Shown piece after piece: positions 1 to 10,357 of a DNA stretch of 64,000 nt (position 1 is the first letter of the stretch; each line of letters opens with the position of its first letter). The DNA lies in the NCBI GenBank assembly GCA_965205865.1, contig CBDBHR010000030.1, positions 960,001-1,024,000 of the forward strand, given 5' to 3'. The notes beneath the pieces are model-generated. The model saw only the letters and a list, made by a program, of their open reading frames with translations, had not been told where the DNA came from and ran no database searches. This DNA comes from a bacterium (GTDB lineage: Bacteria > SAR324 > NAC60-12). Both the position numbers and the translations under genes were made by a program.

Positions 1-76
1 CGGATGTTTGATTTTGGCCACCAATCCAGTTTTGAATTCTGCCGAAATCCTTCTTGATTATCACTTCGTTTTTCAT
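1..76 (-). CDS. 5' end of a gene running off the window, possibly aldehyde dehydrogenase family
   Basis: ATG at 76 with GAGG SD; translation MKNEVIIKKDFGRIQNWIGGQ resembles the ALDH N-terminal N-[WF]-I-G-G motif; only 25 codons visible. Confidence 0.4.
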   Translation of the reverse strand, partial: MKNEVIIKKDFGRIQNWIGGQNQTS

Positions 77-398
77 GTATCTACCTCATCAGAAAAAGTG
101 GATTGCTATTTTGTCACCGCTCTTGATTATCGTTTCCTACCACAGGATCGTCTCTTGAAAAAAAACGTATGCCAATGACAGGGAGCAGGAAATTTCGTCT
201 ACTATTAACCAAATTTCTTGATTTGCCAAGTCATTTTATGGGAAAACAGGCGCTATTGGATGGGCAGTCTATCGAATGGAGGGTCCTTGACCAAGACAAG
301 TGGATTTTATTATTTCCCTTGATTATTGACTGGCTTTCGGTTTTGATTCAAAGAATGTATTTGAGTTTTGTTAAAGATTTAAGATAAGGAGATGCTGC

Positions 399-2642
399 AT
401 GAAAGCGGATCGCATTGTCAAATCAACTTGCCCGTATTGTGGAGTCGGGTGTCAGGTCTTATTGAACGTCAAGGACAATCACATCTTCCGGGTGGATGCC
501 CCCTTTGAGGTGGCGCCCAATTATGGACGCTTGTGCGTGAAGGGACGATTTGGCACGGATTACGTCCACCATGCCGGTCGATTGAGCAAACCGTTGATCC
601 GCAAAAACCAGCAAACACCCGGCAAGCGAACTCCTGCGAAATTTCCGCAGGATTGGCGCGCAGCGACTTGGGAGGAAGCTCTGGATCTGGTAGTAAATCG
701 GCTGCTCGGGCTTCGCTGGCGCCATGGTCCGGACAGCATTACCACCAATGCCTGCGCAAAGGCTACCAATGAAGACAATTATCTCTTGATGAAATATTTC
801 CGTAGTATCATTGGTACCAACAATATCGACCATTGTACGCGTTTGTGCCATGCCGGCAGCGTGGCCGCTCTTCAAATGGCGATCAATTCCAGCGCAATGA
901 GCAATTCCATTGCTGAAATGAAAGATTTGGAATGTTTCATCGTGACTGGCGCCAATCCTGCGGAAAACCACCCGGTGATCGCTACCTTTCTCAAACAGGC
1001 AGTGACCCAAAATGACGCCAAATTGATAGTGATCGATCCCCGCCGTACCGAAATGGTGGAATTTGCGCAATTATGGTTGCAGCAAAATCCGGAAACCGAT
1101 ACCGCTTTGTTCAATGCCATGGCCCATGTCGTGGTTCATGAGAATTTGTATGACAAAGATTTTGTTGCCAAACGGACAGAAGGGTTTGAGGAATATCTCC
1201 TGAGTCTGCAGGAAAAAACTCCCGAATGGGCTGAATCCATCACAGGGGTAGCAGCCGGAGACATTCGACAGGCAGCTCGTATTTATGCTAAGGCGAAGGC
1301 GGCTTCAATTTACTGGGGAATGGGGATCAGTCAAAGTGTTCATGGAACCGACAATGCCTTAACCCTCATCAATCTGGCCTTATTATGTGGCCATATCGGG
1401 CGTCCTGGAACCGGGTTGAATCCTCTGCGGGGCCAGAACAACGTGCAAGGTTGCTCCGATTCCGGTGGCATGCCGACGGTTTACACGGCTTATCAAGAAG
1501 TCGCCGATGCGGCAGTGCGAGAAAAGTTCGAACAGGTCTGGCACGCTCTCCTGCCTGCTGAGCCCGGACTTACGACCACCGAAATGGTGGATGGAGCGCT
1601 TGCCGGGACAGTCAAAGCATGGTACGTGATGGGGGAAAATCCCCTCATGAGCGAACCCGACCTCAATCATGCGCGCAAAGCCGTGGAACAACTGGACTTC
1701 TTTGTGGCGCAGGATATTTTTTTCAATGAAACCAATGTCTATGCCGACGTCCTGCTCCCCGCTGCCGCCTTTGCTGAAAAGGATGGCACCTTCACCAACT
1801 CGGACCGCCGCGTTCAGCGAGTTCGTCAGGCAGTGACACCTCCCGGAGAGGCGCGGGCGGACTGGCAAATCATCAGTGAGGTTGCTCGACGGACGATTGA
1901 TAAGATTATCCGGCAAGCCAACGATCACCCGGACGCATCCTGTCGAAAATTAGACAGGACCATTTACCAGAATGCCAATAAAATGCTGGCGGACTGGGAA
2001 TACGGCGACCCAGGCGCTATTTGGGAAGAAATGCGGGAAGTCACTGAACCTTTTTATGGCATCACTTATCAGCGACTGGAGCAGGAAGGGGGCATCCATT
2101 GGCCCTGTCCAACTCTTGACCATCCCGGATCACCTTTTCTCTTTGAAGAAGAATTCCCCCGTGGACGGGGCAAGTTCTTTGCGGTGGAATACAGCAATGA
2201 AAGTGAAGTCGTGGATGAAGATTATCCAATGCTCCTGAGCACCGGTCGTTTATTGTACCACTGGCATGGTACCATGTCACGTTCATCCTCCCTGGACAAA
2301 ATCTGGCCGGAATGCACGGTGGAAATGAACCCCAACGACGCCGCAAAGTATGGCTTTGAAATGGGAGAGTGGGTGGATGTTTCCAGTAGACGGGGAGCGA
2401 TCACTGCGCGGCTTCTGGTTACAAAGCGTTCTCCGCAAGGAGCGATTTTCATTCCATTCCATTTTGTAGAAGCAGCCGCCAACACATTGACCAATAATTT
2501 GATCGATAAAATTGCCAAGATTCCTGATTATAAGATTTGTGCCGTGAAAGTGGAGCGCGCAAAAAAAATTCCAATCGACCGGGACGGTGCGGATATTCCC
2601 TTGCAAAAGCGGGGAGCCATTAAAGACTTAGTACCAGACTGA
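399..2642 (+). CDS. fdhA: Formate dehydrogenase catalytic subunit (Mo/W-bisPGD, Cys ligand)
   Basis: CPYCGVGC..C 4Fe-4S motif, NNIDHCTRLCHA active-site motif (Cys, not Sec), PLRGQNNVQG, C-terminal molydopterin-binding domain. Confidence 0.93.
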   Translation: MKADRIVKSTCPYCGVGCQVLLNVKDNHIFRVDAPFEVAPNYGRLCVKGRFGTDYVHHAGRLSKPLIRKNQQTPGKRTPAKFPQDWRAATWEEALDLVVNRLLGLRWRHGPDSITTNACAKATNEDNYLLMKYFRSIIGTNNIDHCTRLCHAGSVAALQMAINSSAMSNSIAEMKDLECFIVTGANPAENHPVIATFLKQAVTQNDAKLIVIDPRRTEMVEFAQLWLQQNPETDTALFNAMAHVVVHENLYDKDFVAKRTEGFEEYLLSLQEKTPEWAESITGVAAGDIRQAARIYAKAKAASIYWGMGISQSVHGTDNALTLINLALLCGHIGRPGTGLNPLRGQNNVQGCSDSGGMPTVYTAYQEVADAAVREKFEQVWHALLPAEPGLTTTEMVDGALAGTVKAWYVMGENPLMSEPDLNHARKAVEQLDFFVAQDIFFNETNVYADVLLPAAAFAEKDGTFTNSDRRVQRVRQAVTPPGEARADWQIISEVARRTIDKIIRQANDHPDASCRKLDRTIYQNANKMLADWEYGDPGAIWEEMREVTEPFYGITYQRLEQEGGIHWPCPTLDHPGSPFLFEEEFPRGRGKFFAVEYSNESEVVDEDYPMLLSTGRLLYHWHGTMSRSSSLDKIWPECTVEMNPNDAAKYGFEMGEWVDVSSRRGAITARLLVTKRSPQGAIFIPFHFVEAAANTLTNNLIDKIAKIPDYKICAVKVERAKKIPIDRDGADIPLQKRGAIKDLVPD

Positions 2643-2643
2643 G

Positions 2644-2692
2644 AAAAGAATCCCCCTCCCCTTGAGGGAGGGGCTAGGGGAGGGGTAATTTG
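2644..2692. repeat. 49-bp REP-like palindromic element, copy 1
   Basis: AAAAGAATCCCCCTCCCCTTGAGGGAGGGGCTAGGGGAGGGGTAATTTG; one mismatch to the copy at 4826-4874. Confidence 0.85.
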
Positions 2693-2703
2693 TAGGATGA
2701 GAG

Positions 2704-4827
2704 ATGAATGAATTGGAAAAATTCGCGGCAGACCTCCGTGAAAATCGCATCAGTCGCGCCAGTCTTTTTTGGCTGCGTGTTTTTGCGCAAAATGCTCGAG
2801 ATGGCATCATGCGTTCCGATGCCTGGGTGGCAGCAGGTTTGCGGCAGGGTTCCGTCATTTCTGGCCTGGATGCTGCCAGTAGCAGCCCCCGCTTGGCTTT
2901 ATTGACGAACTACGATCTTTTCCAGGCAGTCCGCATGAAAGACCAAAAGCTGTTCTCCGGCAAAGAGTTGAATTCCCTGGATTGGAATCGGAAATACGAG
3001 TTGAGTCTCCTGCCCGGAGTCCGGGAGGTTGATGAGACCTTGGAGAAATGGATTGAAAAGCTGTGGGACGAAGTTGGACCGGTTTCTCCCCGGGACCGGG
3101 CTTTGGAAAAATTGTTACGGGCGCCGGCATCCATCTGGGGAAAAAACATTCCGAAACGCTCGCTTCTTCCGGAGATCTTGCATGAAGCCCAAGCTATTTA
3201 TGAGGGCTGGCTATCCCGTGCGGTGCTCACACGGATTGCCAGGGCACTCAAACTGCCGCTCTCGGACGTCTACGGAGTGACCGAATTTTTCACCATGTTT
3301 TATACCAAGCCTGTTGGCAGAAAAGTGTTACGGATATGCGAAGATGCAGCTTGCAATCTGAAGGGGTCTGCAGCCATCCAAAAGGCGCTTTGCCATCGCT
3401 TAAACATTCAGCCTGGTGAAACGACGGCAGATGGCGAATTTACGATTGAACCCATACGCTGTTTGGGACTTTGCGATCATGCCCCGGCAGCCTTGGTGAA
3501 CCATACCCGCCATTTTGGACTGTCCGCAGAGACCATCGATGTTTTGCTGACCAACAAACCTGCCCATGATCAGCAACTGAACAAAGGGGGAGGCCTGGTT
3601 AAAATTGCGCTGGCCAATATCAATGTGATCGACCCGGGAAGTTTGAAAGACTATCAAGCCCAGGGAGGATTGGCTGCCTTGCGGAAAGTACTGCAGACAC
3701 TCAGCCCGGAGCAGGTGATTGAAACGGTCAAAGCCAGTAAACTGGTGGGACGCGGAGGGGCGGCTTTTCCCACCGGTTTGAAGTGGCAATTCACTGCCAA
3801 CAACCCACCGGGTCCTCGCTACGTGATTTGCAACGCCGATGAAAGCGAGGTTGGGGCATTCAAAGACCGGGTTCTGTTGGATGGCGACCCTTTCCGTATC
3901 ATCGAAGGGCTGCTCATTGCCTGCTATGCGGTGGGGGCCAGCGAGGGGTACATTTATATTCGGGGCGAGCACCGTTTGAGTTACGAACGATTCGTTCATG
4001 CAGTAGCGGTGCTGGAACAGGAAGGATGGTTGGGTGAGCGAATTGCGGGCAGTGAATTCAATTGTAACGTGGCTGTGCGGCGCGGTGCCGGTGCTTACAT
4101 TTGTGGAGAAGAAACGGCTTTGATGGAAGCCTTGGAGGGAAAACGGGGGTTTCCTCGCCTACGTCCTCCTTTTCCCACTACTCATGGTTTATGGGGCAAA
4201 CCCACGGTGATTAATAATGTGGAAACCTTGTCGAAAATCCCTGCTATCATCATGCATGGCGGTCAATGGTACAGCACGCTGGGCACTGCTGAATCGGTAG
4301 GAACCAAGCTTTTTTCCGTCAGTGGTTCCGTCGAAAGGCCGGGTGTTTATGAAGTGCCCTTTGGAGTTCCGTTGCGACATTTGATTTACGATCTGGCAGG
4401 AGGTCCTCCCGCAGACCGAGAATTATTGGCCATTCTGACAGGTGGGGCTGCCGGTACTTTTTTGAAACCGGAACACCTGGAGACGCCTATTTCCTATGAA
4501 GATTTCAAACTGGTCGATGGGACTATTGGGGCTGGAACGATAATTGTTTTTGATGAAACGGTAGATTTGAGACATGTGTTGAGTAGCATCAGTGATTTCT
4601 TTGCCCATGAAAGCTGTGGCAAATGTTATCCCTGTCAAATCGGAAGTCAGCGACAAGCCGAGATTCTGCAACGCATCGAACAGGGGCGGGGTGACAATGC
4701 GGATACGGACACTTTACTCGAGCTGGCCCAAGTGATGGCGGATACCAGTATCTGCGGTTTGGGTCAATCTGCCGGATGGGCCACTGTCGACGCTATCAAA
4801 CGCTGGCCGGATTTGTTGTCACGATAA
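2704..4827 (+). CDS. NuoE-NuoF fusion (diaphorase subunit) with ~140-aa unknown N-terminal extension
   Basis: NuoE 2Fe-2S Cys motifs (CEDAAC, CLGLC), NuoF motifs GRGGAAFPTG, CNADESE, GAGAYICGEETAL, ESCGKCYPC..ICGLG. Confidence 0.9.
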   Translation: MNELEKFAADLRENRISRASLFWLRVFAQNARDGIMRSDAWVAAGLRQGSVISGLDAASSSPRLALLTNYDLFQAVRMKDQKLFSGKELNSLDWNRKYELSLLPGVREVDETLEKWIEKLWDEVGPVSPRDRALEKLLRAPASIWGKNIPKRSLLPEILHEAQAIYEGWLSRAVLTRIARALKLPLSDVYGVTEFFTMFYTKPVGRKVLRICEDAACNLKGSAAIQKALCHRLNIQPGETTADGEFTIEPIRCLGLCDHAPAALVNHTRHFGLSAETIDVLLTNKPAHDQQLNKGGGLVKIALANINVIDPGSLKDYQAQGGLAALRKVLQTLSPEQVIETVKASKLVGRGGAAFPTGLKWQFTANNPPGPRYVICNADESEVGAFKDRVLLDGDPFRIIEGLLIACYAVGASEGYIYIRGEHRLSYERFVHAVAVLEQEGWLGERIAGSEFNCNVAVRRGAGAYICGEETALMEALEGKRGFPRLRPPFPTTHGLWGKPTVINNVETLSKIPAIIMHGGQWYSTLGTAESVGTKLFSVSGSVERPGVYEVPFGVPLRHLIYDLAGGPPADRELLAILTGGAAGTFLKPEHLETPISYEDFKLVDGTIGAGTIIVFDETVDLRHVLSSISDFFAHESCGKCYPCQIGSQRQAEILQRIEQGRGDNADTDTLLELAQVMADTSICGLGQSAGWATVDAIKRWPDLLSR

Positions 4828-4874
4828 AAGAATCCCCCTCCCCTTGAGGGAGGGGCTAGGGTAGGGGTAATTTG
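4826..4874. repeat. 49-bp REP-like palindromic element, copy 2
   Basis: Near-identical to 2644-2692, at the nuoEF stop codon. Confidence 0.85.
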
Positions 4875-4884
4875 AGGGAAAAAC

Positions 4885-5535
4885 ATGGAAACTACTATAA
4901 CTCTGACTATTGACGGTCAAACGGTCACTGTCCCGGAAGGCAGTACAATTCTGAAGGCTGCCAACTCCTTGAATATCAATATTCCCACCATCTGCTTCCA
5001 TCCTTCCCTGACCCCCCCTGCGATTTGCCGGGTCTGTACCGTTGAAGTAGAAAAACAGCGCGTGCTACAACCTGCTTGCGTGGTTCCTGTAAGCCAAGGG
5101 ATGGTCGTCAGGACCGATACGGAACGGGTTCAATCGGGTCATAAAGTGATTTTGGAATTGCTCGCATCTGCGGTTGATCTGAAGGAAGCTCCGGAAATAC
5201 AGGAGCAAATCCAGCGATTTCAAGCCGATAGTCAACGTTTCAGTGGAGGGGTGAAGCGTGAATTTGAAGTGATGGAAGACAATCCTTTCTACATTCGCGA
5301 CTATTCTCAGTGCATCATGTGCTGGCGATGTATTCAAGTGTGTGCTGAGGACGTGCAAAATACCTTTGCCTTGACATGGGGCAAACGCGGCATCGAAAGC
5401 CATGTCTCAACTTTCCTGGAAGAAGAGATGCCGAGCACGACTTGTGTTTTTTGTGGAAATTGCGTGGGTGTCTGTCCCACCGGCGCGCTCAAAGGATTGA
5501 TTGAGTATAGGGCAGATCAGAAAAAAAAAGAGTGA
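4885..5535 (+). CDS. NuoG-N/HoxU-like Fe-S subunit of the FDH complex (2Fe-2S + 2x4Fe-4S)
   Basis: PTIC..CRVC..PAC 2Fe-2[12 protein letters not shown] and [12 protein letters not shown] ferredoxin motifs. Confidence 0.88.
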   Translation: METTITLTIDGQTVTVPEGSTILKAANSLNINIPTICFHPSLTPPAICRVCTVEVEKQRVLQPACVVPVSQGMVVRTDTERVQSGHKVILELLASAVDLKEAPEIQEQIQRFQADSQRFSGGVKREFEVMEDNPFYIRDYSQCIMCWRCIQVCAEDVQNTFALTWGKRGIESHVSTFLEEEMPSTTCVFCGNCVGVCPTGALKGLIEYRADQKKKE

Positions 5536-5600
5536 AGGGAGGTCCCGCCGCATAAAGCGGGTGAGATACCCATTCTACGGTCAGGTTATGGAATCTTATA

Positions 5601-6350
5601 TCAATGTTGAAGAATCTGACTGAGAAAGAGTTTGGTACGGTCGTGTTGCGGGTTTTCAAAAAATTCGTGGGGTTCATTCTCTTCGATAATCTCTCCTCCA
5701 TCCATGAAAATCACCCGGTTTGCCACGGTTTTGGCAAAACCCATCTCGTGGGTGACCGCAATCATGGTCATGCCGGTATCAGCCAATTCTACCATCACCT
5801 CCAGCACTTCCTTGATCATTTCCGGGTCCAACGCCGACGTCGGTTCGTCGAACAGCATGATATTGGGATTCATGCAGAGACTGCGGGCAATGGCTACACG
5901 CTGTTGCTGACCTCCTGAAATCTGACCGGGATATTTTTGGGCCTGTTCCGGAATCCTGACGCGCTCCAGATATTGCATAGCGATTTCTTCGGCTTCCGTT
6001 TTGGGAAGGTTGCGTACCCAGATGGGCGCGAGGGTGCAGTTTTCCAGGTTCGTGAGATGGGGAAAGAGATTGAAGCTCTGGAAAACCATACCCACTTCCC
6101 TGCGGATTTTTTCAATATTCTTCAAATTACCGGTCAACTCGATACCATCGACGATAATCTGCCCTTTTTGATGCTCTTCCAGACGGTTGATGCAACGAAT
6201 CAAAGTAGATTTCCCGGATCCGGAAGGACCACAAATCACGATACGTTCCTGTCTTTTGATATTCAAACTGATATTTTTCAAGACGTGGAACTCGCCATAC
6301 CATTTGTGCATTCCGATGATTTGAATGATATTATCCGCTACCGTAGCCAT
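5601..6350 (-). CDS. aapP: General L-amino acid ABC transporter ATPase
   Basis: GPSGSGKS Walker A, ISGGQQQR signature, [10 protein letters not shown]; operon context. Confidence 0.9.
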   Translation of the reverse strand: MATVADNIIQIIGMHKWYGEFHVLKNISLNIKRQERIVICGPSGSGKSTLIRCINRLEEHQKGQIIVDGIELTGNLKNIEKIRREVGMVFQSFNLFPHLTNLENCTLAPIWVRNLPKTEAEEIAMQYLERVRIPEQAQKYPGQISGGQQQRVAIARSLCMNPNIMLFDEPTSALDPEMIKEVLEVMVELADTGMTMIAVTHEMGFAKTVANRVIFMDGGEIIEENEPHEFFENPQHDRTKLFLSQILQH

Positions 6351-6450
6351 GTGATCCTTTTTTCCGTTGTGTAAGTCAGTTTGACCCTGCCCACCTCAGG
6401 CTGAATACTTTTTGGTGAGTGGAGTCGAATCATCTCCGGGCTTCTGATTG

Positions 6451-7737
6451 CTATAAGCCCGTATTCAGTTTTTTCTCCAAATAAAGGGAGTATCTTGACA
6501 TGCTGAAACAACATATCCAGAAAAAGAAGGCGACAAACAGATACACTTCATTTGCCAGTCCCGCCCAATCGGCATCGGAGAGAGAAGTACGTCCCAGACC
6601 CAGAATATCCAGCATGCCGATGATCAATACCAGCGTAGTATCTTTGAACAGCGCAATGAAGGTATTGACGATTCCCGGGATTGAAATTTTCAATGCTTGG
6701 GGCAGAATGATCAACCACATGGCCTGCCAATACTTCAACCCTAAAGAATCGGCTGCTTCGAATTGCCCCTTTGGAATCCCTTGGAGCGCTCCACGAATCA
6801 CTTCAGCAATATAGCTGGATGAAAAGAGCGTCACCATAATCAGGACGCGCATGAGCAAATCAAAATGAGTGCCTGGGGGGAGAAAATAATTGAGCATGGT
6901 CGAGGCAATGAACAAAAGCGTAATCAATGGAACGCCTCGAATGAATTCAATGAAGATCACGCAGATCATCTTCAAAACAGGGAAATGAGAGGTTCGCCCA
7001 AGTGCCAGCACGATACCAATGGGCAGAGAGAACGAAATTCCCGTGACTCCCAGGACAATCGTCAACATGATGCCTCCAAATTGATCGCTATCAACGATCG
7101 GTAATTCGAAGCCGCTTAAAAGGGAAAAAACAAAATCTATGAGAAACCAGAAAATGCCATAATATACGAAATACCACCACCATCTGAATTTTCTCCCTTG
7201 CAGTCCTGCAACCGGGGGAACAAGGAATAATATGAGGAGCACGAAGAATGAAAATATCGAAGAATCACCTTTGAGGAGCCAAGCCGCGATAAAGGGAAAA
7301 GCAGCCGCGTAGATGAGTCCATATTTCCTCCCCGGGGTCTTATCGAAAAGGATGGGGATCACCGCTACAATCAGGAGAATGAACGAAAGATTGACACGCC
7401 AACGCTCCGCTTCCGGAAAAAAACCATAAATGAAAAGATTGATCCGATTTTGAATGAAGGCCCAACACGCCCCTTGTCCGGGAGAAGCCATTTTTTCCCA
7501 ACATTCCTTGCGAGAGTCGGCTGTCCAGATGGAGTCAAACACCACCCACTCCAGGATAGGAGGAATAGTGAACCAGATCAACGCAATCCCCAGAATAGTG
7601 AGCAGGATATTGGAAGGGGAGGAAAAGAGGTTTTTTCGTATCCAACCTATGGCACCGGTTGTTTTCACCGGTGGTGGTAAATCCGGATGCGTTCCGGGAG
7701 CATACTCCTGGTTTGTTGATGGGTCATCCCGCAGCAT
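6451..7737 (-). CDS. aapM: General L-amino acid ABC permease
   Basis: Multi-TM, IEFIRGVPLI and AEVIRGALQGIPKGQFEAA (EAA) motifs. Confidence 0.88.
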   Translation of the reverse strand: MLRDDPSTNQEYAPGTHPDLPPPVKTTGAIGWIRKNLFSSPSNILLTILGIALIWFTIPPILEWVVFDSIWTADSRKECWEKMASPGQGACWAFIQNRINLFIYGFFPEAERWRVNLSFILLIVAVIPILFDKTPGRKYGLIYAAAFPFIAAWLLKGDSSIFSFFVLLILFLVPPVAGLQGRKFRWWWYFVYYGIFWFLIDFVFSLLSGFELPIVDSDQFGGIMLTIVLGVTGISFSLPIGIVLALGRTSHFPVLKMICVIFIEFIRGVPLITLLFIASTMLNYFLPPGTHFDLLMRVLIMVTLFSSSYIAEVIRGALQGIPKGQFEAADSLGLKYWQAMWLIILPQALKISIPGIVNTFIALFKDTTLVLIIGMLDILGLGRTSLSDADWAGLANEVYLFVAFFFWICCFSMSRYSLYLEKKLNTGL

Positions 7738-8934
7738 CTATCTTGCCCTGTATTGTATTTTTTTGTTGAGCACATTCATAATGGCTGAAATCACCAAGGA
7801 AAAGAAAAGATAGACGAGAAGGACAATGATCATGGCTTCCATTTCTTTGCCTGTCTGCATGAGGGAAATTCCTCCTATGGTTGCCACAACGTCCATATAT
7901 CCGATGGCAATGGCCAGCGAGGAGTTTTTGGTGAGGTTGAGATATTGACTGGTCAGCGGCGGTATGATGATGCGTAGTGTTTGAGGAATTAAAACAAGCT
8001 GTAAAGTTCGCTTGGGAGGTAATCCCAGGGAATAAGCGGCTTCTGTTTGACCATAATTGATGGCGAGGATTCCACCCCTGACAATCTCAGCAATAAAACA
8101 ACTCGTGTAATATGACAATGCCAGCCAGAGCGCCACGAATTCGGGACGCAACACGATTCCTCCCTGGAAATTGAAACCCTTCAATGCCGGAATATTCCAT
8201 GAGAGAGGAATTCCTGAAGCAAAAAAAGTGATCCCGCTCAGACCCACCAAAACACCCAGGGATATCCGGAACACGGGATAGATTTTTCCCGTTTCGTCCT
8301 GAACTTTTTTTGCCCATCGCTTAAAAAAAACGATAAAAATAATTGCTGCAACCAAGGCAATCACCACGAACCAGATGGCAGGTTCAAAAACGGGTTTGGG
8401 GACAATGACCCCCCGATTGGTCAGAAAAAAAGAATCCAGCAGATTCATGGCCCGGCTGGGTACTGGCAAAGAATGGACGATGATGGCATGGACCAGAAGA
8501 ATATGTAAAAGGACAGGAATGTTTCGGGTGATTTCTAAAAAAACATAAACGATACGGTTGACGAGCCAATTGCTGGAAAGGCGTAGTACCCCCATAATGA
8601 AACCCAACACGGTGGCTGAAACGATGCCAAAAAAGGCAACCAGAATAGTATTGATGATGCCGATGATGGCGGCACGGAGATGAGTATCATTGGGGGCATA
8701 GGAAAGGATCGGTTGGAAGGCGATGTCGTAGCCTGCCTGGATAAAAAGAAAATTAAAATTGAATTCTTTCCCAATGGCCTTCAGGTTGATGGCAATATTC
8801 CTGAAAATCAAAGCCACCAAGCTCAGAATGACAATCAAAGTGACAATTTGGATGATGACCGCACGGGATTCCTTATTGCGCCAAAGACGTAAAATTTTGC
8901 TCTCTTCGGCATGCTGCAATTTCACTTCCGACAT
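7738..8934 (-). CDS. aapQ: General L-amino acid ABC permease
   Basis: RNIPVLL, AEIVRGGI..GQTEAA, QYLNLTKNSSLAIAIGY. Confidence 0.88.
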   Translation of the reverse strand: MSEVKLQHAEESKILRLWRNKESRAVIIQIVTLIVILSLVALIFRNIAINLKAIGKEFNFNFLFIQAGYDIAFQPILSYAPNDTHLRAAIIGIINTILVAFFGIVSATVLGFIMGVLRLSSNWLVNRIVYVFLEITRNIPVLLHILLVHAIIVHSLPVPSRAMNLLDSFFLTNRGVIVPKPVFEPAIWFVVIALVAAIIFIVFFKRWAKKVQDETGKIYPVFRISLGVLVGLSGITFFASGIPLSWNIPALKGFNFQGGIVLRPEFVALWLALSYYTSCFIAEIVRGGILAINYGQTEAAYSLGLPPKRTLQLVLIPQTLRIIIPPLTSQYLNLTKNSSLAIAIGYMDVVATIGGISLMQTGKEMEAMIIVLLVYLFFSLVISAIMNVLNKKIQYRAR

Positions 8935-9165
8935 TGGAACCTCACCATCAATAAGATTCGTAGGGATTCTTTGAGTTAGAAAATATGTTTTTGAGCCCCC
9001 GATACTTTGAGGTTCAACCTGTCATTCCCGGCAAAGCGGAACAGCGAATGTTTCATTTCGTCAAGAGTTGCCCTTTCCCTGATACCCGGCATGGCATGCG
9101 CAGGCGCCGGCAACGACGGTTCGTTGCTCAAGCGCCCGCGCATTCAAAACTGCAATTGGAGAGTT

Positions 9166-10182
9166 TTAGCGGAAGGGCGGTGAATATTGCAGTCCCCCAT
9201 TTGTCCAAAGCGCATTGATACCGCGCTCCAGGCCGATCATGGTATTGGTTCCGAGATTACGCTCGAAGATTTCTCCATAATTGCCAACGGATTTGATGAT
9301 ATTATATGCCCAGTCCGCACTCAGTCCGAGTTCCTGACCCTGGCTGCCCTCCGTGCCAAGCAAGCGCTTGATTTCAGGATCTGTGGCATTTTTCATCTCA
9401 TCGACATTGGCTGATGTCACCCCTTTTTCTTCTGCGGTGACAACGGCATTATATACCCATCGCACGATGTCAGCCCATTGATCGTCCCCTTGGCGCACCG
9501 CGGGACCCAGTGGCTCTTTGGAAATGATTTCCGGCAGAATGGCATGATTTTCCGGATCCGTGAAGGTCGAACGAGTTGCTGCCAGACCTGAAGCATCGGT
9601 TGTGTATATGTCACAACGACCAGCCAGATAGTTGACCCGGGCCTCTTCATTGCTTTCGATGGTTACGGCTTCGTACTGCATGTTGTTAGCGCGGAAATAG
9701 TCCGCCAGGTTCAACTCGGTCGTTGTCCCTGTTTGGATGCAGATCGATGCGCCGTCGAGTTCGGAGGCACTCATGACGCCGAGACTCTTGTTCACCATGA
9801 AGCCTTGTCCGTCATAATAGTTGACACCCACGAACGTCAGCTTGACGTTCACGTCCCGGGAAAATGTGATGGTGGTATTCCGCCAGAGAACATCTCCTTC
9901 GTCGGCGTTCAATTTGGTGAAACGGGTTTTTCCGGTGGCAGTGACAAACTTGACTTTATTGGCATCGCCAAACACTGCGGCTGCCACGGCACGGCAGAAA
10001 TCGACATCGAAGCCTTTCCAATTGCCGTCCGCATCCGTATAAGCAAAACCAGCTAGCCCGACATTGATAATGCAACGCAATTCGCCTCTACTTTGAATCT
10101 CTTCGAGCGTGGCAGCGGACACACTGACTACAAAAGCGCTACAAGCTATGAACGCCATTACTAATTTTACAATTACTTTCAT
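9166..10182 (-). CDS. aapJ: General L-amino acid ABC substrate-binding protein
   Basis: Signal peptide after AAGGAG SD at ATG 10182; GFDVDFCRAVAAAVFGD, ISKEPLGPAVR, C-terminal GGLQYSPPFR. Confidence 0.92.
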   Translation of the reverse strand: MKVIVKLVMAFIACSAFVVSVSAATLEEIQSRGELRCIINVGLAGFAYTDADGNWKGFDVDFCRAVAAAVFGDANKVKFVTATGKTRFTKLNADEGDVLWRNTTITFSRDVNVKLTFVGVNYYDGQGFMVNKSLGVMSASELDGASICIQTGTTTELNLADYFRANNMQYEAVTIESNEEARVNYLAGRCDIYTTDASGLAATRSTFTDPENHAILPEIISKEPLGPAVRQGDDQWADIVRWVYNAVVTAEEKGVTSANVDEMKNATDPEIKRLLGTEGSQGQELGLSADWAYNIIKSVGNYGEIFERNLGTNTMIGLERGINALWTNGGLQYSPPFR

Positions 10183-10357
10183 AATACTTCTCCTTAGAGA
10201 ATGGAAAAAATTGTCCAATGACCATTGGACATGACAAACATGACGAATATTAATAATAAAAAAAACTCTTAAAGTAAAGCAAAAATTATTTTTTTTATTC
10301 TTGAATGAATAACTGATGTTAGGTGCACGATTTTTGCAGTTATGCGTCTCATCGAGT

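Noticed and set aside
399-2642. Selenocysteine FDH or SECIS
   Set aside because: The active-site codon is Cys and the ORF is uninterrupted
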